DNA from: Deltaproteobacteria bacterium
Lineage (GTDB): Bacteria > Myxococcota > JACRCW01
Assembly: GCA_016218805.1 (NCBI GenBank)
Contig: JACRCW010000095.1
Span: 1-50,630, forward strand
DNA: 50,630 bases
Direction of reading: 5' to 3'
Positions within the stretch are counted from its first letter, which is position 1; each line of letters starts with the position of its first letter. The notes below the pieces were generated by a model that saw only the letters and a program-made list of their open reading frames with translations, did no database searches and was not told the origin of the DNA. Positions 45,188 to 50,630 of the stretch are shown here, one piece after another. The position numbers and the translations under genes were made by a program.

Positions 45188-46735
45188 GTGAACGCGACAG
45201 ATGTGCTCTGGTTGCTGGTCGGTGCGGCGTTGGGTGCCGTGGCCACGTTTCTCACCGTGCGGCCGCGCGTGGCGGGCCTGCTGGACATGGCCGAACAGCT
45301 GTCCCGCGGGGATGCCGACGTCCACGCCCCCGCGGGGCTGTCTGAGGGGTTCCCGCGGCAGATGGCGCGCACGCTGGAGGCGGTGGCGGGGTTGCTGCGC
45401 CAGGCCCGCACCGGGCGCGGCGCCGGCGGCGCTGAGGTGCGCACCCTGTCCCAGGGGGCGGAAGCCGGCGCGGATGGCCTGCTGGGCGGGCTGGCCGCGC
45501 AGCTGGCGGTCGTCGAGGATTCGGCCGCGGCGCTGGGGCAGATGTCAGAGAGCCTCAAGCGCATGGAGGCCGCGGTGGAAACGCTGGTGCGCGCGGCCGA
45601 GGAGAGCAGCTCCACGGTGGTGCAGATCGGCGCCACCAACAATGAGGTCGTTGACAACATCCACCACCTGGCCACCGCCGTGGAGGAGACCGCCGCGTCC
45701 ATTGAGGAGATGACCTACAGCATCAAGGAGGTCGCCAAGAACATCGAGGACCTGTCGCTCGCCGCCGAACAGACCAGCGCGTCCATGAATGAGATGGACA
45801 CGTCCATTTCGCAGGTGGAGTCCAACGCCAACGCCACCGCGCGCCTGTCTGAGGAAGTGAGCCGCGACGCGGAGAAGGGCTCCGACGCCGTGGTGCGCAC
45901 CATTGAGGGCATTGACCGCATCCGTGACAGCACGCGCGCGGTGGGCACGGTGATCAAGAGCCTGGGCAACCGCATCCAGGAGATCGGCAACATCCTCAAC
46001 GTGATTGATGACGTGGCGGAGCAGACCAACCTGCTGGCGCTCAACGCCGCCATCATTGCCGCACAGAGCGGTGAGCACGGCCGCGGCTTTGCGGTGGTGG
46101 CGGACGAGATCAAGGACCTGGCGGAGCGCACGGCGGCGTCCACCAAGGAGATTGCTACGCTCATCAAGAGCGTGCAGGACGAGAGCCGCAACGCGGTGGA
46201 GAGCATGCAGGAGGGCGAGCGCAACGTGGAGGCCGGCGTGGGGCTGTCCCGCGAGGCGGACGGCGCGCTGCGCAAGATCCTGGACAGCGCGCAGAAGAGC
46301 ACGCAGATGGTGAAGGCCATTGCGCAGGCCACCGTGGAGCAGGCCAAGGGCAGCAAGGTGGTGGCGGACGCGGTGGAGCGCATTGCCAAGACGGTGCAGC
46401 AGGTGGCGGCGGCCACGGCGGAGCAGGCGCGCGGCAGCGAGCAGATCATGAAGAGCGCCGAGCGGATGAAGGGCATCACGCAGCACGTGGAGCGCTCCAC
46501 GCAGGAGCAGTCCAAGGGCAGCAAGCAGGTGTCCAAGTCCATTGAGTCCATCCATGAGACCGTGGGCCAGATTCACAAGGCGCACCGGGAGCAGCAGACG
46601 GCGTCTGAGCACACGCTGGGCGCGGCGCGCCGTCTGCGGGACGGGATCCAGAACGTCACGCGCTCGGCGGAGCAGCTCAAGGGCCAGGTCCACGCGCTGC
46701 GCGAGCGCCTGGACGAGGGCGAAGCGCGGGGCTGA
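45188..46735 (+). CDS. Methyl-accepting chemotaxis protein with a single N-terminal TM and long cytoplasmic coiled coil
   Basis: [43 protein letters not shown] hairpin tip. The GTG at 45188 follows GGGAGG. Confidence 0.92.
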   Translation: MNATDVLWLLVGAALGAVATFLTVRPRVAGLLDMAEQLSRGDADVHAPAGLSEGFPRQMARTLEAVAGLLRQARTGRGAGGAEVRTLSQGAEAGADGLLGGLAAQLAVVEDSAAALGQMSESLKRMEAAVETLVRAAEESSSTVVQIGATNNEVVDNIHHLATAVEETAASIEEMTYSIKEVAKNIEDLSLAAEQTSASMNEMDTSISQVESNANATARLSEEVSRDAEKGSDAVVRTIEGIDRIRDSTRAVGTVIKSLGNRIQEIGNILNVIDDVAEQTNLLALNAAIIAAQSGEHGRGFAVVADEIKDLAERTAASTKEIATLIKSVQDESRNAVESMQEGERNVEAGVGLSREADGALRKILDSAQKSTQMVKAIAQATVEQAKGSKVVADAVERIAKTVQQVAAATAEQARGSEQIMKSAERMKGITQHVERSTQEQSKGSKQVSKSIESIHETVGQIHKAHREQQTASEHTLGAARRLRDGIQNVTRSAEQLKGQVHALRERLDEGEARG

Positions 46736-46767
46736 CAGGTCCGCGGGCGCCGCGTATTGGGAGTGGC

Positions 46768-47145
46768 ATGTTCGGCCTGGGCGTGACTGAGATCGTCGTC
46801 ATCCTTGTGGTGGCGTTGCTGTTCCTGGGGCCGGACAAGCTGCCGGAGATTGCCAAGAGCCTGGGCAAGGGCCTGCGCGAATTCCGCAAGATCACCGACG
46901 ACGTGCGTGACACGGTGAACCAGACGGTGGCGGATGCCGCCCGCGAGGTGGCCAAGCCCCCGGCGCCCCCGGCTGCGCCTGCGGCCCCCACGCCGGCCAG
47001 CGGCGAGCCGGGCGGCACCGCCGCCGCAGCAGCTGCGGACCCTCCCGCGGCCCTGCCCGCCCCGGAGGCCGCCGCCCCACCCCAACCCGCCGTGGCACAG
47101 GTCCCCGAGGAGCGGGTGCCCTCCACGCGGACGCCGGCGGGCTGA
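46768..47145 (+). CDS. Twin-arginine translocase TatA/TatB family subunit
   Basis: MFGLGVTEIVVILVVALLFLGPDKLPEIAKSLGKGLREFRK. Confidence 0.9.
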   Translation: MFGLGVTEIVVILVVALLFLGPDKLPEIAKSLGKGLREFRKITDDVRDTVNQTVADAAREVAKPPAPPAAPAAPTPASGEPGGTAAAAAADPPAALPAPEAAAPPQPAVAQVPEERVPSTRTPAG

Positions 47146-47151
47146 GCCCGG

Positions 47152-47697
47152 ATGGGTTCTCCCGGCCCGTTCAAGGACCTTCCCCCGGCCGCCGGCGGCC
47201 GGCACGGCAGCGCGGCGGCGCACCAGCGGCGCATCCTGGCGCGCGCGCTGGACCTGCTCATCTACACGGCGTTCGCGTGGGCCGTGCCGCCGGTGGGGGC
47301 CGCGCTGGGGCTGCTGTACGTGCTGGTGGCGGACGCCATCTGGGTGGGCCAGAGCCCGGGCAAGCGCCTGTTCGGCGTCACCGTGCTGCGCGTGCCCTCC
47401 GGCACCGGCGGGACGCTGTGGACCAGCGTGATGCGCAACCTGCCCATGGCGGTGGCGCTGGTGATGCCAGTGATTCCCATCGCCTCGTGGCTGCTGTTCC
47501 CGCTGCTGGGTCTCCCGCTGCTGGTGCTGGAAACCCGCCTGACGGCGTGGGGCGCGCTGGGCCGCCGCCTGGGTGACTTCCTGGGGGACACCTACGTGGC
47601 GGACGTGTGGCGCGCCCCGCCGGTGACCCGCGCCGAGGTAACCGCGGAAAGCCCGCCGCCGCCGCCCGCTCCCGTCCCGCCCGCCGCGGAGGCCTGA
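47152..47697 (+). CDS. RDD family membrane protein
   Basis: RRILARALD, GQSPGKRLFGVTV, RN and RRLGDFLGDTYV. Confidence 0.88.
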   Translation: MGSPGPFKDLPPAAGGRHGSAAAHQRRILARALDLLIYTAFAWAVPPVGAALGLLYVLVADAIWVGQSPGKRLFGVTVLRVPSGTGGTLWTSVMRNLPMAVALVMPVIPIASWLLFPLLGLPLLVLETRLTAWGALGRRLGDFLGDTYVADVWRAPPVTRAEVTAESPPPPPAPVPPAAEA

Positions 47698-47702
47698 CGC
47701 CG

Positions 47703-50135
47703 GTGCGCAGGGTCCTCCGCGCTTGCTGCGCCCACCTGCGCCGGCGCCACGCGGAGTGGCTGGGCGTGCTGATCTCCGCGCTGGCCTCCGTGGTGTTCAC
47801 CTGGCCGCTGTGGCCCGCCGCGGGCCGCCTGGTGCCCCGCCGCGGTGAAGACCCCATCTTCCACGTCTGGGCGCTGCAGGCCTGGCACCGCCGGTTTGAC
47901 GCGCTGCAGTTCTTCCCGCTGTTTGACGCCAACAACTTCTTCCCGCACGACGACCCGCTGGTGTTCTCCGACACGTTCCTGGGCCAGGCGCTGCTGTCCT
48001 GGCCCGCGCACCTGCTGGGCGCCGGACCGGTGGCGGCGCACAACGTCTCCTACCTGCTGGTGTTCGCGCTGGTGCCGCTGGGTGCGTACCTGGCGTCTCT
48101 GTGGCTGACGGCCAGCATCCCCGCCGCGCTGGTGGCGCTGCTGGGCGTGGGCTGGGCGCAGACGCGGTGGACCTTCCTGGACCACCACAACATCCAGAGC
48201 GGCCTGCTGCTGGCGCCGGCGCTGGCGGCGCTGGTGCTGTTCCTGCGGTCTCCCTCGTCACGGTGGGCGGCGGTGGCCGGTGCCTGCCTGGGCCTGCAGT
48301 GGTGGTTCAGCGGGCAGCTGGCGCTGTTGTTCGCCGTGGTGGCGGCCCCGCCGCTGGTGCTGTGGGCGGTGACCGGGTTGCTGCGCGCCGCCTCGGCGGA
48401 TGAGCGGCGGGCGCGCCTGCGTGACGCGGGGCTGGCCGGCGGGTTGGCCGCCGTGCTGGCCGCACCCATCGCGTGGGGTCACCTGCAGGTGTCCGCAGCG
48501 CTGGGACTGGAGCGCACGGTGGAGGACAACGTCGCCTATTCCGTGCACTGGCGCGAGTTTCTGGGCTCCACGCAGACCACCTGGCCCGCGCGCCATCTGG
48601 CGTGGCCCTCCGGGCAGCCGCACTACCTGGGCGGCGTGGTGCTGGCGCTGGCCGCGGTGGCGCTGCTGCTGGCGTGCCGGCCGCGCGGCGTGCGGCGCTT
48701 CCCGCTGGACGCCATCGTCCCCGTCGTGGTGCTCGCGTTCATCGCCGTGGCCTCCGCGGTGCTGGCCCAGGGACCGGTGGCGCGTGATGGCTCCACGCTG
48801 CCGCACTACCACCTGCTGCAGGCGTTCCCGCCGCTGTCCGCCTTGCGCGCACCCGCGCGCTTCTACGTCCCGCTGTCCGTGGCGCTTGGCCTGCTGGCCT
48901 CACTGCCGGTGGCACTGCTGGCCCGCCGCGGCCCTGCGGGCACGCTGCTGGCGCTGGCCGTGCCGCTGCTGGTGGCGTGGGACCTGTTCCCGCCGCCGTT
49001 CCACCTTGGCAGCCTGCCCCCGCGCTCGGCCGCCATGGATGCCCTGGGCCAGCGCGATCCCGGCGCGCCCGTCGTGGACCTGCCTGACGGCCGCCCGGAC
49101 AACAACGGCGCCGTCTCCCGCGCCACCTACCACGCGCTGCGCACCACGGCGGGAATGAGCGGGACCACGCCGCCGCTGACCGGCATCCTGCGGTGCCTGG
49201 CCAACCGGTTCCCGGAACCCGGCGCGCTGGAACTCTTCTCCGCCCTGGGCCTGCGCTACGCGGCCGTGCACGACGGGTGGCGCGCCTTCAGCGCGGAGAT
49301 GCACCAGCCCTCCGCACCCGTGCGCGTGCTCGCAACCGACGGACCCACGACGATCTTTGCGCTCCCGCCACCCGTGCCCGCCCGGTATGACGGCGCGCTG
49401 CTGGACGGGCGCAGCCTTCCCGTGTTGCTGCCCAGCCGCTGCGCGCCGGGCCAGCCGGTCAACGCGGCGCTGGACCTCAGCGCGCTCAGCGGGACGCTGC
49501 GCGTCACCACGCATCCGGCCACGCGCGTGACCGTGGAGCTGTGGCGCGGGACCGACCGGCTGGACGCGCAGCGCGCGCTGGTGCGCCTTCCGGCGGTGCT
49601 GGATGCGCGGACCACGGAGGCGCCGTTCACCTTCACCGCGCCACCGGAGCCGGGCCCGCTGGAGGTGCGCGTGCTGCGGGAGGGCGCTCCCGTCGCCGCC
49701 GGCCACACGGAGGTGACCGCACTGCCCCCGGCCGAAGGTCCGGTGAACCTGGAAGTGGACGCCACGGTGGCCCCGTGGCTGCACGGACGCTGCGCGCCGC
49801 TGCGCGTGACGGTGCACAACGGGTCAGGCGGCGTACTGCGCGCCTACCCGGTGCGCCTGGCGCTGCCGCCGGAGACGGGGAAGACGGTGCTGGACGTGGA
49901 CTTTCTGCGCGGAGGCCGCGCGTTCAAGTCCCTGCGCGCCTACCAGTGGTGGCGCTACCCCGCGCTGCTCTGGCATGACCTGGGACCCGGGGATTCAGCC
50001 ACGGTGACCGCGTTCCTGGAGGCCCCCGCCGAACTGGGCCCCTTCACCCTGCACGCCCGCCTGGGCGTGGTGGGACGCAGGCAGGCACTGGCGCAGGCAC
50101 GCACGGACCTGGACGTGGTCCCGCTGGCGCGGTGA
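47703..50135 (+). CDS. Polytopic membrane protein, GT-C/YfhO-like glycosyltransferase with extracytoplasmic C-terminal domains
   Basis: FTWPL...GEDP....W.L, FDAN.FFPH...L.FSD, many TM helices and LRAPARF. The start is uncertain (GTG 47703). Confidence 0.7.
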   Translation: MRRVLRACCAHLRRRHAEWLGVLISALASVVFTWPLWPAAGRLVPRRGEDPIFHVWALQAWHRRFDALQFFPLFDANNFFPHDDPLVFSDTFLGQALLSWPAHLLGAGPVAAHNVSYLLVFALVPLGAYLASLWLTASIPAALVALLGVGWAQTRWTFLDHHNIQSGLLLAPALAALVLFLRSPSSRWAAVAGACLGLQWWFSGQLALLFAVVAAPPLVLWAVTGLLRAASADERRARLRDAGLAGGLAAVLAAPIAWGHLQVSAALGLERTVEDNVAYSVHWREFLGSTQTTWPARHLAWPSGQPHYLGGVVLALAAVALLLACRPRGVRRFPLDAIVPVVVLAFIAVASAVLAQGPVARDGSTLPHYHLLQAFPPLSALRAPARFYVPLSVALGLLASLPVALLARRGPAGTLLALAVPLLVAWDLFPPPFHLGSLPPRSAAMDALGQRDPGAPVVDLPDGRPDNNGAVSRATYHALRTTAGMSGTTPPLTGILRCLANRFPEPGALELFSALGLRYAAVHDGWRAFSAEMHQPSAPVRVLATDGPTTIFALPPPVPARYDGALLDGRSLPVLLPSRCAPGQPVNAALDLSALSGTLRVTTHPATRVTVELWRGTDRLDAQRALVRLPAVLDARTTEAPFTFTAPPEPGPLEVRVLREGAPVAAGHTEVTALPPAEGPVNLEVDATVAPWLHGRCAPLRVTVHNGSGGVLRAYPVRLALPPETGKTVLDVDFLRGGRAFKSLRAYQWWRYPALLWHDLGPGDSATVTAFLEAPAELGPFTLHARLGVVGRRQALAQARTDLDVVPLAR

Positions 50136-50145
50136 CCGCACGCAC

Positions 50146-50331
50146 TGGACACCCTCCAAACAGCCCCTGACTGCACCGGACAACGCCCATGACACCACCC
50201 TGACACCCTGTAAGGGTGGTGTCGGGTGTTGCTTGGAGGGTGTCCATGCTTGCTTGGGCACCGTCATGAGTATGCGGGGGGGGTGTCATGGGTACGTGAT
50301 GGCACTGTCATGGGTGGGCGTAGGTGATGTC
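50146..50331. repeat. Degenerate ~11/22-bp-periodic repeat region with nested inverted repeats
   Basis: 14-bp IR TGGACACCCTCCAA (50146-50159) / TTGGAGGGTGTCCA (50233-50246). 11-bp IR GACACCACCCT (50191-50201) / AGGGTGGTGTC (50213-50223). GTCATG at 50263, 50285 and 50307. Confidence 0.75.
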
Positions 50332-50481
50332 GCGCGTCCTCCCGGGCGCCCGCGCGCGCGTGAGGCGCGGTGTCCCCGGGACCGGGGCCATCCCGCAATC
50401 CGGGCGTGCGGATTCGGTCACCTGTCCGAAAACCGGCCAGCCGAGGGAGGCATTCGTGAAGCGGTACGGCGCTGTGGGGTG

Positions 50482-50612
50482 GCGCGGGAGTTGCTCCGGC
50501 GCCCGCCGTGCCGGGCCACGTCAGTACCCGGGCGGGGGCGCGGCCGCGTCTCAAGTACGCCCGTGGGGTGGGAATCCGAGCTGCCCCGGCCAGCCGATGA
50601 GGAGACCTGTGT
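50482..50612 (+). ncRNA. Probable yybP-ykoY (Mn2+) riboswitch
   Basis: The landmarks appear in order: GGGAGTTGC (50486-50494), CGTCAGTAC (50519-50527) and GAGACC (50602-50607). Pairings are GCGCGG/CCTGTGT, CTC/GAG, CGGC/GCCG, GCCGGG/CCCGGC and CGGGCG/CGCCCG. It deviates from canonical GGGGAGUAGC. Confidence 0.6.
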
Positions 50613-50630
50613 TCGTCTAGATCGAAACTC

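Noticed and set aside
44647..45702. 351-aa ORF read as an extended FolB fusion
   Set aside because: The N-terminal part is the antisense of the MCP gene. FolB starts at ATG 45039 with its own RBS.
50324..50620. 98-aa ORF at the right end
   Set aside because: The composition is not protein-like, and it overlaps the riboswitch-like structure.
50594..50630. Hammerhead ribozyme (CCGATGAG...CGAAAC)
   Set aside because: The core is CCGAUGA rather than CUGAUGA, stem II needs a bulge, and the stem I/III partners would lie outside the window. The same bases are better explained as the 3' strand of the yybP-ykoY fold.

Overview
A very GC-rich chromosomal segment that looks like Myxococcota: it has a MYXO-CTERM-type tail, DAG/Ser-rich lipoprotein linkers and a GYF+TPR protein. 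It holds about 40 coding regions. Housekeeping genes are prfA, rpsF-rpsR-rplI with an S6:S18 leader, panE, folB and a tatA/B-family gene. Envelope and secreted proteins include an Amidase_2 protein, an IPT/TIG protein, Kelch proteins, a PG-binding/CHAP hydrolase, a diheme lipoprotein, a flippase-GT2-GT4-GT4 cluster and a GT-C-like membrane protein. Lipid-metabolism genes are two acyl-CoA dehydrogenases, an amidase-signature enzyme and a desaturase/hydroxylase. There is also a vapBC module, a Uma2 nuclease and a multiply frameshifted TPR pseudogene. I found no CRISPR array, tRNA/rRNA, integrase, transposase or reverse transcriptase. The most unusual items are: (i) a Kelch-SprT(HExxH)-DUF2786-like fusion behind a Kelch lipoprotein and a 21/42-bp higher-order palindromic repeat array; (ii) a non-coding ~11/22-bp-periodic element with nested inverted repeats upstream of a probable yybP-ykoY Mn riboswitch at the right edge; (iii) an internally duplicated unknown membrane protein coupled to panE; (iv) a tetO-like palindrome before a split-zinc-ribbon membrane protein plus TetR; (v) apparent TCG/TCGA avoidance that breaks down in vapBC. 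All family calls come from motif recognition by eye; no searches were run.
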